A DNA stretch of 64,000 bases from the human T2T-CHM13v2.0 reference genome, Homo sapiens. Of this stretch, positions 12,740 to 30,103 are shown piece by piece (the first letter of the stretch is position 1; each line of letters begins with the position of its first letter). The DNA is taken from assembly GCF_009914755.1 (NCBI RefSeq), contig NC_060938.1, one strand, 5' to 3'. The position numbers and the translations under genes are program-made. Under the pieces are notes generated by a model. The model searched no databases, was not told where the DNA came from, and was given only the letters and a program-made list of their open reading frames with translations.

Positions 12740-13520
12740 GTCTCCAAAATATTTATCCAGTGTGTTTTCTTCTTACCATCTCCGTAATCTATACCCTAGT
12801 TTTCTCCATATCCAAACTCTGCACCCTGATTTGAGAGACCATCTCCTCTTGCCTGGACTACCACAGCTTCCTACCTCATTCCAGCATGTTCAATCTTGCT
12901 GCTTTTAGTCTATTCTCCCATAGAAGAATGACCTTTCAAAAATCTAAATCAGATCATGGTGCTTTCTTACTTGAAGCTTCCTGCTGGACTTTGAATTTAA
13001 TTGAGTCCCTACCTTGACTTACTGGGGTCTGCTTGGTTCTTCTGTGCCCACCTCTCCTTATTCCTCTGGTGATGTCTCCACTTACCAACTTTGAGACAGT
13101 CACAAAGAACTTCTGGCACTTCCTTAAACACTTGATGTCTTTCCCACTTCAGGGCCTGCCTGTGCACATGCCATAGGTCTGCCTGAAATGCTCTGCTTCT
13201 CCACCATCCACACTGGTCTTCATATGGCCAGCTCCTCCTTATCACTGAAGTCTCAACTAAAAAGGAATCTTCTTGTAGGTCTTCTCTGAATCAAATATCC
13301 TGGTCATTCCACTGTGGGGCATTATACGTTTCCATCATAGACCTTATCACAGATTGCAATGATTTACCTGTTAATGTACTTGTCTGTCTGCATCACTAGA
13401 CTGTAAGCTCCCTGAGGCCAGGGATTATGCCTTCTTCAGCATTCTACTCTTCTAACCTCAATACCTAGCACAGTACCTGATATGCAGTAAGCCCTCAATA
13501 CATATTTTAACACTAAACAA
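12740..13520 (+). mobile_element. L2 3' fragment
   Basis: CACTAGACTGTAAGCTCCCTGAGGCCAGGG...CCTAGCACAGTACCTGA...CTCAATA is a typical L2 3' end. Confidence 0.75.
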
Positions 13521-16500
13521 ATAATGAGTAGCTGCCAAACACGATGCTCCATGGAATGGCACTGTGTCTTTGTATAAGCTAGCAAATCAGTGAAAGATTT
13601 TGTTCATTGCATTTATGGTAACTGTGCTCTGTGCCAGTTGTCCTCAGGATACCTTTACATAATTAAAAACATTTAAAAGCTATTTAATAGTTAAAATCAT
13701 GCAAAAATACTAAAAATAATGTAAACTGTATATTCTGCCATAATGGATATCTTGGGATTTGTCATGCAGGTAGTATATTTCAAGAACTTCTATCCATAAT
13801 GTGTATCATGCTTGCTTCATTTAAAATCAGTACTGAGATGTAGTTTCCTTATCCTGAAAAACATCTTTAATAAAGACGATTGCACTTTGAGGGAGATGAC
13901 CCTCCTTTCCTAAGGATTCCTTTCAGACTCTCCAGGAGTGGAGGGTAGCTCTCAGTTACAAATCCTTCTCTGGTAGGCCTTGGATTGTAACAGTCTCGTT
14001 GGAGGTTACAAAAGACAACTTTCTCTGTTGCATCAGCTTACAAAAGACAGTTATTCTAAAACAAGTACTGCAGATCGCTTAGTAAAATATCTGCCGGATG
14101 TGGTTGTAAGTCATCTTATGAACATGCTACATGTGGTACTGAGAACAGGGTATGTTTCTGAAAGAGCAGCTGCCTCTCATTTCATCTGACCCTATATTGA
14201 TTCATCGTATTTACTGGATTCAATGGCCGGCTTAGTTGCATTGGAACATGGGCCTGATGCCTGCCTGTTGACAGCTCTGGCTGTCTGGGTGCCTTTCATT
14301 TTTATCCCTTTGATTATCAAGCAGTTTTGTGTTATTGATAAATTACAGGTATGGTACTCAGAGGGAGGATGGGGCCAGCTCAGAGTGAATGGCGGTGCCC
14401 TTGGGTCTGATGCTTACTTGGATTCCTCCATCTAGACAATTCTATGTAGTGGAAGGTGTGTTTATGGGATTAGTTATTAATCACAAAACAGGATAGGAGT
14501 TACTTGACTGCTAATTATAACATTGGATGAGCACATAAAAATCATCATCATAAATAATATCATCCCTGTAGAACCCTTCACATGAAATCAGTCCTGTCAG
14601 ACAAACAGTTATTTACATAACACAAAATCTTTAAAAAATCCTAAAAAAAAACAACCAAACAAGCAAAATGTGTGTATAGAACCTAATAAAAATTAGTACC
14701 TTAAAAAAATCACTGCAAGCTATGTTTTCTGTAATTATATCAAACCCTAGAGTTCTAACCATGTAATAGTAATTTTTTAGTGTTTTTGCCGTTATTGTCC
14801 TTTTGATTTACTTAACTATGTCTAACTTGAACAAACAATGTTAAGTGGGGAAACAGATGCGATTAAATAGTCTGTAATTATGTTTTTAGTCAACTGCCAC
14901 CATCACAGACTCCTCCTGCTCTTCGGACCAGAAAAAAAAAGTGACCTAACTGATTTCACCAACTGCTTTGCCAGGCCCTGATGCAGAATAGATGGCCTTA
15001 TTAAGCAATCAAAAAATCAGCCATTACAGAGGAATGGTAATCAACAGTGTTTATACAGCCCACACACTAGCCCCACAATACACAATCAGGACCGTGAATT
15101 CTGCTAATTGGGTACCTTCTGTGTCCAGAGGTGCCTGCAAAGGGAAACAAAAGGGACTTGAAAATTAGTGTTTGTAGCAATTAGTTTCTGTCTAAAGGCT
15201 TAACCCAGTTCAGGGAAACCATGATTCAAACAGGGATTATTATAGCAACTCTGGTATTTAAATGTCTTCTGCCATTATTTGAGGTAGGATTTAGCTTTGG
15301 CAAAAGTAACGTCGATTCATCTTCTTTTTAAAATTTACTTAAAATGATTTTTGTTTTGAACTTTTCAAAAATCAAAACCATTAAGCCATTTGCTGCTTTA
15401 AATTTTCTGGCATTGAGTATTGTGTGTGTATGTGTGTGTGTGTTTATATCTTAGGATCTTGTTCAAGACCAGCTGAAAAGACTGTTAAATACATGTATTG
15501 TTGGGAAGCTCTGCTCCGAGGAATAAAATAGTCGAGTTTGTTGTGCCGTTATTTCTCTCAGAATGATCTGTAGTTTAGTGGGAACCACAGGGTGTAATTC
15601 TTGGTGAGGGAAAAAGGGACAGCAAGTGTTTTATTTAGAAATGTATGTACGAATTCACATTCTAAGTAATAGCGCTAAAATAGTCCAGGAGGAGAATGTA
15701 GAGTCTCTGTGTGTATTTCATCTGAGTAAACTAGCAGGGCATTTCCAAATGGGCCCCACTGAAAGCCCAATGGATTTTATAAAATTGATTACAAAAAGCC
15801 TTTTGCCCTTTTCTTCCCTTTTAGTCTTTAGCATTTCTGACGTACTAATCAGATAGACAAATCTCCATGCTTTGCTTCTGTCTTTATAGACTCCCTGCTG
15901 TACATGCTCAAAGGGCAAATTAACAGTAGCACAATTCAAGGGACCTCTTCACCTCCCATAGACAGCATCAGCTGCAGGTTCTTGCTGTCCTGAAGCTCTC
16001 CACATGGTTATAGAAGGATCATAACAATGAAGAAAAATAAAAGATTAGGGAGGGGAAGGGGAAAACCTAATGATTCAGAAGAAAACCAAAAAAAAATCGG
16101 TGTTTCACTTTCTGTGATTTAAAGGCTACATGAGGAAATGGCAGTTTGTCTTTTTAAATTTATTAATCATTTGCTCTCTCTAGTTACTTAAATGATGGTT
16201 CACCATTGTGTCAATAAGTATAGTAAAAATTGTATTATTAACACCAAATTTCACATTATTAAGACAGAAATTATTGAAAGAATATTGGTACTTTGAAAAC
16301 AATCAGAATGATAAGTATGATAGATTTGGAGACACTGTAACAACATTTTACTCCTGACTGATTACATTACATATTGATATTAGTGAGCATCAGTATGTAG
16401 TGCAATCAGTCAGGAGAAAATGAGTGAAATGTGAACTAATGAGAGCTAATTGTATCACATAATAGCAAGGACACAGAATTCTACCAATTAAATTAGTTTG

Positions 16501-19204
16501 AGATGAGACAAATATGAATATAATAATGTTTATAATAATGAAGCAATTAGAGCTAATGAAATAAACGTTAATAAAGACTAGGATCCCTAGCCCATTTCTG
16601 CCCTTCTCCTTCTAATTCCTCCAAACTTTGAGTTGTGTTGTATTCACTGGAATCTTTTCAGCCACTGATGCTTGTTTCTTTGTATGTTGGAAGCTATAGG
16701 GATGAATAGAAACCTTCGTTATCTGCATGTTTCTTGCTGTCAGCCCTGTAGAAGGCTCCTCATGGTCTGGTGTATTTCTTGGCAAGGTACCCCTTTCCCT
16801 CTGATGAATAAATCATGCCTTGTTCCAAAGAGCTTTTACTTTTACTTTCATATACTGTCTTTTCTTTACCTGGGTTAGAAAATTGGTACTTCTTGGTGTC
16901 AACATTGATCTCTCTTGACGTATTGGAGAGTTAACTGCTCAGGTCTAGTGCCTCTCCGTTGTGTAATTCAACTGGATTTTGCTTATTAGACACTTCTTTG
17001 GTGTCCTTAAGTCTTTGATGATCATGCTACTTAGTACCCAGATACAGAGAGTCTCAACTGGGATGGCAAAGCCAGTTTCTTAAATATCTGATTAGGAATG
17101 TACTCTCCAGGAGAAATTACACTGATGTCTCTCAGGAGATAGTTTTGGAGACCCAACTTCAGTCTGGCAGACTATTGAAATCAGCGAAACAATCAGGAAC
17201 CATATTCTGTATTACAATTTAGATTTCAGCCTAAATGTCTATTTTGCTGAGCATCTTATAGAACAGTGGGTATGGGTATTAGGGAAGATGATACAGCGGT
17301 ATATTTCTGATCAGCTTCGAAACTCGCCCATTTAGTGAAGACTACTACTTTCCAAGGAATGATGCATTAATACAAATTATGGATTAAGAAAAAAGTATTT
17401 TCTGTGGTGCATGCCTATTCTAATATGAACACTGCATTGGTAATTAATGGCAGTCTTGAAAGATTTTAGTAATTTCTTCTTGATTATCTATTTGGATGTT
17501 ACTCTGGTTGGTGTATTTATATTTATTCTCAATCTAGGCTAGTTAGTAAATAACATTTGGCCATTAAATTAGGTGGTACTCTGTGCTGTGAAAGTTCCAA
17601 CAAACTTTCTCATTTGGCTACCGTGTTTCTATCATGTATATTATTGTGTTTTTGCTTTTGCTTTTGTATTACATTAAAAAGACATCAGAACGAGCTGTGA
17701 GTTAATGTTTCACTTATAAAAGGTTATGGATTACTCTCAGCTGGTTTCTCAGGCTGACACAGAGTTCATGATTAGAAGAATGAAAACAAACATGAATTGA
17801 AAATGTCACTAACCTTTATTGGGCTCTGAGAATCCCGGAGTCTGCGTGACAGGAGGCTTTCCTGTTTTCAGCAGTATAAAGAAGATTGAAACAAAACAGC
17901 ACGGATCCTGGCTATTTACATCTTTTAATGAATGCTCTTCACGTTTGGGTTCCTTTGTCTGTCTCCCAGTTTTCAAGGGTTTAGCTGTGAAAAGTGCGGA
18001 TGGTATCACATACTCTTATAAACCATGGAGCAGACATCTGTCTAGGATGCTTTTTCCTCCAAATTACGCTCAGTGTAAAGGGCATATATACAGCTGTGCA
18101 TGTATAAAGTAGCCAGTTATCCACTCTCAATGTTCACCAGCACTGAGATGGAAAGTATTTTCAAATACACTATTAGTAAAGCTGTGTGTTTATGTGGGTG
18201 TGTGGTGAAGGGATATTTAAGATGAAATCTATCTTACATATGATGGGCCCATTAGGTTTGAATCTGATAGTGCTGTCTTTAAAAACCTTTTACTAATGGT
18301 AAACCCTAAACCCCAGGACCTCATTAGACTAGAGAAAGTAAAATGAGCTGAAACAGTCTGTTTACATGAACCATTGAGTATCCAGAGATTAAACTGTGAT
18401 ACAAGAGATAATAAACACATTTGACCAGCAATAATTTGTTTGAGCTTTAAGTTTCTATTAAGAATCCCTGTCTTTGTTTCTATACAGTGATTTGGGCTTG
18501 GTTGTTCTTGACCTATATATGAATAACCTTACAGTATCTGAAACATATGTATATTTTTCTTTCCCCCTTAATTTCTCTCCCTGCTACCTCTTGATCTGGC
18601 ATACCTTGTGACAAATTGTACTATATTTTTTGCTGATTTCATATGTAATTTGAGAAAATATTCTATGATGATCACTAAGGAGATCTCAAAGCATATTCCT
18701 TTAAACTGCAAATATATAGTGGGTGAGGAATTTTAGACTTTTACAAAGGCATTTACTTGTTCCCAAATTAAAGTGAGTTCTATAGCCCCATGCTTAGTCC
18801 AAAATTATTTCAAATACTGGTATTTCATGGTGTAACTTTGGCCTACAATACAGATTTAATGACATTCGTTGGTGGAGTATAAGTGTTTTGGAAACAAATC
18901 TATTCCTTTGTATTCTCAGTTTATCTAATTACATATTATTCTTTGAACCCAGAATTTGTTTTTCATTTTAAAAGAAGATTGAAGTAATCCTTTGGCCAGA
19001 ATAAAATTTCATTTAAAAATATGGAGCATTTTCTGTTTTTATTTTATAATAGTCTTAGAAAAATTATATCTAATTAATAATAACATAATAAAGCAAAACT
19101 TATGCCCAAATATTGATTGTTAAGATTAACATTATTTTTTTTCTAAAGAGTTCAGTGTTTTTTAGAAAGATCACTTCTAGGTGATCACTTGGAAGATTTT
19201 CTCT

Positions 19205-21043
<1,839 letters not shown>

Positions 21044-21419
21044 AAGATGAACATTATTTTTAAGCACGAAGTTAGAAAACTTGGTGAAAAGAAAGTTACT
21101 ATTTTTGGTACTTGTTTGGCTCAAAAGTGAGAATTTTATTATTGCTTCAATTTAAAAGATTTATGTATACATATAATATTATCTTATTTTAGAACAATCA
21201 AATGAGCTTTTTCAATTTAAAATGTTTCCTACTTGGGAAAATATACAGGTTTTTCAGAGAAAGCAAATCACTCAGGCTTAAATTGGAAGGATTGTGGGTC
21301 AGGAACCTGGTTCCAGTTTTGATCTTGCCGCTCTTGATGATTTATGCAATGTTGAAAGTCACCTAAACTTGCTTTCTTCAAATTTCCTTTCCTTCTTTCT
21401 CTTCTTTCTTTCTTTCTTT

Positions 21420-21733
<314 letters not shown>

Positions 21734-21734
21734 T

Positions 21735-22045
21735 GAAAACATCTCAAATTGAAGACATTATGAAATAAGCCAGTCACAAGACAACAAATATTGTATTAGT
21801 CCCCTTATATGAGGGACCTAGAGTAGTCAAATTTTATAAAGACAGAAAGTAGAATGGTGGTTGTCTGGGAGGGAATATGGAATTATTGTTTAATGGATAC
21901 AGTGTTTTAGTTTGGGAAGATGAAGTTCTGGAGATAGAAGGTGGTAATTGTTGCACAACAATGTGAATGTATTTAATGCCATTAAATTGTTCACTTAAAA
22001 ATGGTTAAAGCTGTGAATTTTATGATTTGTATATTTTACCACAGA
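21735..22045 (+). mobile_element. L1MB-like 3' end
   Basis: AATAAGCCAGTCACAAG...GACAGAAAGTAGAATGGTGGTTG...ATATTTTACCACA. Confidence 0.8.
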
Positions 22046-22054
22046 ATTCTTTTT

Positions 22055-22920
22055 ATTGTCAACGTTACCAATGACCTGGAAGGTGTCAAATCCAATGCTC
22101 AGATTCACCACACTGAATCCCTCAGCATCATTTAACACGGAAAATCTTCCCCACTTCTTTAAGTATTTTCTTCATTTGGTTTCCAGAGAATCGTAGTGTC
22201 TTAGTTTTGTGGTTTCTTTCTTTCCCTGTCTCTTCCTTTCTTTCAGTGGCTGCTCCTTCCCAGTTCTCTTTGCCGTATCCTCCTCCTCTTAGTGATGCCA
22301 AATGCTTGGGAGGCCTCTTCTCTGCATATCTAAACTTGCTCTTCATGTGATCTGTCCAGTCTCATGACTTTAAATATCTACATGCAGATGACTCACATTT
22401 GTATCTTCAACCCCTGCTTTTCCCCTTATGTAGACACTATTTTAAACATCTTCATTTATATGTCTAATAGACATTTCATATTTAACATTTAAAACACAGG
22501 TTGATTTATTTTTTCTCCTAAACCTGCTTTTCACCCACTGTTTACCATCTCAATAGCTGGCAAAACTCTTTACCTGGTTTCACATGACAAAAATAAATAA
22601 ATAAATAGATAAATCTGAGATCATTATGACTCTTCTCTTCTTTTACATCATGTATCTGTTCCATTAAAAAAAATCCTGTTGGTAGTGCTACCTTCAAAAT
22701 AAATCCCAAATCTGATCACTTGTGACCATTTCTATTTCTGGTACACTGGTCTAAGCCACCCCTATCTTTTTCCTGGAACTTAGCATTGGTTTCCTAACTA
22801 GTCTCCCTGCTGCTTCTACTCTTGCTGCTTCTCCCTCCTTCAAGTCTCTTCTCTTCCTAGCACCTCTAGTGCTCCTATAAAAATCTAAATCTGATCATGG
22901 CAAATACTCTAATTCTTCCA
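22055..22920 (+). mobile_element. L2 fragment
   Basis: CCAATGACCT..GTCAAATCCAATG; CTACCTTCAAAATAAATCCC; GTCTAAGCCACC. Confidence 0.7.
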
Positions 22921-23008
22921 ATCCCACTTAGAGGAAACTGTAGGAATAAATATTTTGATTCTTTTAGAAAAATACTGATATTCCTCTTATCAAGCAGAGT
23001 TTGGTTAA

Positions 23009-23345
23009 TGCTATGGCCTGAATGTGTCCCTGCCCCCACCCCCATATGTTGAAGCCTAAATTCATAATCAGGGAGTATTAAGAGGTGGAGCCTTTGGGAG
23101 GTGATTAGGTTATGAGGGCTCCGCCTTAATAAAAGAGGCTTGAGGGAGCCTGTTTGCCCCTTCTACCTTGTGAGGACAGGTGGAATGCGCCATCTAGGGG
23201 AGATGGGTTCTCACCAGACACCGGATTGGCTGGTGCCTTGATCTTGGACTTCCCAGCCTCCAGAACTGTGAGAAATAAATTTCTGTTGTTTATAAGCTGC
23301 TCAGTCTAAGGTATTTTGTTATAGCAGCCCAAATGGAGTAAGACA
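23009..23345 (+). mobile_element. MaLR solo LTR (MLT1A family)
   Basis: TGCTATGG...CTTGGACTTCCCAGCCTCCAGAACTGTGAGAAATAAA...TAAGACA. Confidence 0.9.
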
Positions 23346-25191
23346 ATCAAATTTGTTATATGATTCTTTTAGCCCACGTATTCTTTTTGTTGGGATATAA
23401 TCCAGAATTTATAGAGAAGGAGTGTTTTGTTGATAAACAGTTTCTTACTATCTTTTCCTCAGATCACCCATTTCTCTTAAGTGGCCTGGTCATGTAGTGA
23501 TGATAGTAAAACTGGTTAAAAAAAAATCATGCCCACGTCTCTTATCTTTCACTATTTTCAACACACTTACAAGATTAGAATGGAAATAAGGTGACATTTA
23601 TATTAACTTTTTGCTTAGTGGTGCCAAATTAAAGAGTAGATTAATACGCTTACCTTGCTTTTTTGCCAATGATTTTTTTAAGCTTTTTTTGTTCTCCTAG
23701 TAGGTTCTTTTGACTCTTCAGTATTTTGGTTAGGCCTCTTTTTTTTTTTTTCAAATTTTCGTCCTGTACCATTATTTATTTCTTTTTCCATCCAGGTTAC
23801 TAACAGTGAGTCTGAGTGATCCTGTTTTTCAACCTCTCTTAGATTCTGGGGCCTTGTACATCCACAACAACAGCCATACAGGTCTTAACGATGGGGTAGC
23901 AACATCTAAAGTATGGTCATTGGAAAGGACACTTATCTATCATGTTCTTTCCTGGGTTGTCATTTAAGGCTGCTTTCTGCAGCATACTTTCTGGTATTTG
24001 ATTCCAATTTGTTTTAAGGATCCCATATAATTGGACCTCCATCCTTTGGGTAAAGAAAACAGCTCTTTCAGGGAGCAGTCAATTAACCACCCTCAGCCAT
24101 GCATGGTGCCTTAATAGTGTGGGCAGGGAATTGAGTTACTCTCAACTACTCGCAGGAATATGCCCAACTTAGCCTAATAGTTCCTTGGTTGGTGCATAGT
24201 TTGTTAAATCTCCTATGGGAGGCAAAGACTTTATAATTTTTCTGATACTTAATAGAGTAGCTTCAGAGTAAATCTAGTGGTATTTTTCTGAAGTTGTACT
24301 CATATTTGAGCTGTTTAACAAGAGAGTAACGTCTCCTAATTTGTCCGGGTCGTGCTCTAGAGAGAAGCTCTTTTTCTTTACAGGATGTAAACTGGATTTC
24401 TTAAATCACAAAAAGCACTGACCTAATTTTTTTGTCTCAGTTTTTTTTTTTTTTTGAGCTCTTGTGACCTTGGGGTGATGAATTTTGGTGAGGTGGGAGC
24501 AAGGTGTGACAGCATTTGTGGAGGAAAAGGTAGAGCTGGCAGGTCTCAAATTGGCTTCTAAGAGTGTCCCAGTGTCCCAGCCTGACTCACAAGGTGCCTG
24601 CTGCAGTTCTGAAACTTTCAGCACCTTGAAATGGTGTTAATTATTTGGATATTGCTTGACTCCTTCCAACCCCTTTAGGTCTTAGAAAAAAGAAAAGATA
24701 TGATTTTATTGGTGGTGAGGGTGGCTAAATATACACCACTAGAAAATGACATTTTCTATTTTCTCAGCCCAGGCAAGCAATTAACGAGCAAGCTTTCCTG
24801 TATGCTTTTCCCCATATTGGACCTGGTGAGACCATGTCTGGCCTCAGCTAAATAGCTTGTGATATGCCTGATTGATACTCTTGGAAAAGGGAAAAGTATT
24901 CCAGCAAGGAATCCAAATATAGCACACAGTTATTTAGACTAGCCTACGGCTATGCTAACTGTAACTCTAAACTTAGACATATTCTGGAACCACATGATGC
25001 TTTTGTTGGTGATTTTGGGGTGAGTGTTGTGCATTTTTATGTCTCTTCAGGTGGAGGTGCCTAGGCAAAAATGTACTAGACTAAGTCTAGTTTTCTGTGC
25101 TCTCATTATATATGTGATAATTGACTCATTTTTTTTACTTTTAATCTTATGAGGAATGCCCTTTGCTAATGTTTCATGAAAAGCTATGGCT

Positions 25192-25500
25192 GGCCGGGCA
25201 TGGTGGCTCACGCCTGTAATGCCAGCACTTTGGGAGGCCGAGGTGGGCGGATCACCTGTGCTCAAGAGTCAGAGATCAGCCTGGGTAACGTGGTGAAACC
25301 CGGTCTCTACTAAAAAGACAAAATAATTAGCTGGACGTGGTGGCACACACTTGTAATCCTAGCTACTCAGGAGGCTGAGGCACAAGAATTGCTTGAACCT
25401 GGGAGTGGAGGTTGCAGTGAGCCGAGATCATGCCACTGCACTCCAGTCTTGGCGACAGAGCAAGACTCTGTCGAAAAGAAAAAAAAAGAAAAAAAGAAAA
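25192..25500 (+). mobile_element. Alu (AluS)
   Basis: GGCCGGGCATGGTGGCTCACG start, A tail, TSD AAAAGC(T/C)ATGGCT. Confidence 0.95.
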
Positions 25501-25886
25501 GCCATGGCTGAAATATAGAACTCACAAAGGTTTACTCTGTTGTTACTAAAGTGCTGAGCACTGATCTGTAAGCCTATGCAAAGACATTGTAGGATGGGCA
25601 GCTTATCCCTTTGCTGATTGCTGTAAATTTTACTGAACACCCTAGTAAATTGTACTTGCCACCAAACTAATTCTTGGTTATTGTTGCTGCAAATATCTCT
25701 GCTCTCATGGAGCTTATAATCTGGTGGGAAAATATACAACAAACAAACAATTGTATACATAGGTGATTCCCATTGTAATAAGTCTTTCTTCATATGGTGG
25801 TTTAGACTTTAAAAAATATTTTTCTCTCCAGATTTTCCAATTTCTTAATAAGACACAATTTTTTGAATTATTAAAAGAAATTCAAT

Positions 25887-26171
<285 letters not shown>

Positions 26172-26339
26172 CAGAAACTCTCTTCTTTTCAAGCAGTGTT
26201 TCTATATCCAAATTTGGCTTTTTTGATAAAATGAAACTAGGTGCTGACTCTGTACTTGTATGCTGTTGGAAATAAATATCAGAGATTTAGTGATATAATA
26301 CAACTTGAGAATTGTTTGGTACTCCTCTGTATAAACTGA

Positions 26340-27530
26340 AAATCCTCTAAATCATTTAATAAATATTTATTGAGGGGTTTATTTATGCATGTCACTGTGC
26401 CAGGCCCTTTAGGGGATGCATAATGTATCTGCAAAGTGCTTCATATATAATAAGTGATATAAGACTTGTAAAAAATAACTATAGTATAAGGCAGTCTGTG
26501 ACAAATGTCTTAAGAATGAAAAAAAAGAATAATAAATCAGATAAAAGAGATGTTTCCATTTGATTACATGAGTGATCAAGGAGGCTTTATGAATGGAGTC
26601 ATGTTTCAATTGGCCTTGAAGGATGGATAGATTTAATTTAAAAATCCAATAGTAACAGCTCATTTAAAAACTTGGAACGTATATAAAACCATAAAGAAGA
26701 AAACAAAATTATCCATAATGACACAACTCAGACACAGACACTGTTCTCAGGTGTATCTTTTTCTAGTTTTTGTTGTACACAGACATACATAATTAGGAGT
26801 ATATTATTCATATAGTTAGGTGACTTATTTTTTCATTTCAATTATATCTTAATCATTTCTTTATTATTAAACAGTTTTAGAAAATGTCATTTTAAACTTA
26901 TACATAGTTTTCCATCCTATGCATTTCTGATGGACAGACTGAGTCGATGGATAAAGATATAGAAAATGTCATGCAGACTAAAGGAATGGTACTAGGGAGT
27001 TTAATGAAAGGATTTTGAGCAATAGAGTGACAGTCAACATGTGGAGAAGATGGTCCAGCAGCCACATTAGGATGGTTTGGAATGAACTGAGCCTGCAGCA
27101 GGGAGATGATGCTAGGGCTCAGTTACATTAGCCTGAGTGTCAATTTATGTGAGACTAAATGGAAGAACTAGAATGGAGATGTAAGAGAAGAGGAAGAAAG
27201 CATGGGAAATGCTGTGGCGGAAGATCTGAGAAGACGCAGTGACTTATGAAAGTAGAGGGAAAGGGGAAAGAAACAGTCCCAGAGAATCTCAAGGTTTCTA
27301 GCATATGGGGTTGGGAGAGGGATTGTACTATTATCAGAAATGTAGACTTCAGAAGGTGAGCTGCACTTGAGAAACTGAGAAATGCCATTTGCTGGAAATT
27401 TTCGTTTTATGCCCCTGGAATTTGATATGCCAAACAAAGAGATAAGAATATTTAGCTGGCAACTAAAATACAAGATTAAATCTTATGAGAGAAATGGGGA
27501 TGAAAATAACTGGTAGTCATTCATTCATTT
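26340..27530 (-). mobile_element. L2 fragments with an inserted old L1 piece (~26640-26920)
   Basis: CATTTAATAAATATTTATTGAG (antisense L2 terminus) and degenerate L2 body. Confidence 0.55.
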
Positions 27531-27559
27531 TTTTCATGTATGCATAAATGCTTTAATGA

Positions 27560-27880
<321 letters not shown>

Positions 27881-28159
27881 TATTTCTCCCAGATTTTCAA
27901 ATCTGCTAAGTTTTAAACATTTCAACTACTGTATATTTTTTAATTTTCAAGAGCTGTTTAATTTCTGATTGTCCATTGTTCTTGCTTCACGGATACGTGT
28001 ATTTTCTTAACTCTGTGAGGTATTATAATTTATTTGAAGTTATTTCCAGCTCTATATTTTGTCTATTTTTTTCAGCTTCTTTCTTTTTTACCTGTTTGTT
28101 TTGGTCTCTGAGGCTGTCTATTGTAAGAGCTAGTTAGACACCAGAAGGCTGATTGGAAG

Positions 28160-28161
<2 letters not shown>

Positions 28162-28205
<44 letters not shown>
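28162..28205. repeat. (GT)n microsatellite
   Basis: Read directly. Confidence 0.95.
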
Positions 28206-28206
<1 letters not shown>

Positions 28207-28998
28207 GGTGGTGGTGGTGGTAAGGCTTGTTGGCTAGTGGGCTTCCCTGTGAGACTATTTGGTGATCTGAAGTTCTGGGTTTAGTTTTTTCCAGAGACAG
28301 GTGCTCCATGTTCTGCCCTGGGTGTGTGTTAGTTGGGACGGTAGATTTGGGCTTGGGGAGAAGAGGTAGAACTCTGGCTGTTGCTTTTCTGAGGTTCTGT
28401 GGGAGAAGAGAACTTGGGCGGAGGGTACCACCATTTTGTATGGAACCTTCATTAATTCTTTCATTTTCAGTTCTGGCTCTGTGTCTGGTGTCTCTCAGTC
28501 TGGAGCCTGAAGATAGTTTTTGATTTCCCTTTTGATTTCTTCTTTGACGCATGGGTTGTTCAGGAGTGTGCAGTTTTGTTTTAATGCATTTGTGAATTTT
28601 CCTCTTGTTACTGATTTCTGGTAAACATTTTGTTCAGAAAAGATACTCAATGATTTTAATATTCTTGAATTTGGTAAGCTTGTTTTTTGGCCTAACATAT
28701 TGTCTGTCCTGAAGAATGTCCCATGCGTGCTTGAGAGGAGTGTGTATTTTGCTGCTATAGGATGGAATGTTCTGTATATGTCTGTTAGGTCCATTTAGTC
28801 TAATGTGTAGTCCAAGTCTAACATTTCCTTATCATCTGTCTGGATGATCTGTCCACTGCTGGAAGTAGGGTGTTGAAATCCCCTACTATTATTGTATTGC
28901 TTCTATCTTTCCCTTCAGATCTATTAATATTTGCTTTATACATTTATGTGTTCCAATGTTGAGTGTATATATATTATATATATATACACTCAATATAA

Positions 28999-29338
<340 letters not shown>

Positions 29339-30103
29339 AAGTGTATATATATATATATAAAATTGTTATATCCTCTGGTGAATTAGTCCCTTCATCATTA
29401 TATGATGATCTTCTTTGTCTCTTGTGCCAGTTTTTGACCAAAAGTCTATTTTGTCTGGTGTAAACATAGCTATCCTGGCTTTCTTTTGGTTTTATTTGCA
29501 TAAAATATCTTTTTCCATCCCTTCAATTTCAGTCTATGTGTATCCTTAAAGCTGAAATGAGTCTCTTGCTTGTAGGCAGCATATAGTTTGGCCTATTTTA
29601 AAAAATCCATTCAGCTCTTCTATGTCTTTTGATTGAAGAAGTTAATTCATTTACATTCAAGGTAACTACTGACTGGTGAGGACTAACTACTGCCATTTTG
29701 TTAACTGTTTTCTGGCTGTTTTGTACTTCTTTTGTTTCTCTCTTTCTTGCTGTCTTCAGATCAAAGCATACATATTAAATATATATATTATATATTATAT
29801 ATATATTTTGATATATATCAAAATATATAATCATATATATATTTGATTCCATTCTCTTTATCTTTTGTATATCTATTATAGATCTTTGCTCACGTTTATC
29901 ATGAGGCTTACATACAATATCTTGTAGTTATAACAGTCTATGTTAAGCTGATAACTTTGATCACATACAAAAACTGTACTTTTACTTCTTCCCTCAACAT
30001 TTATGTTTTTGAGATCACAATTTACATCTTTTTTTATTGTATATCCCTTAACAAATTATTGTAGCTATAGTTTTTTTAACGGTTTTGTAATTTAACCTTT
30101 ATA

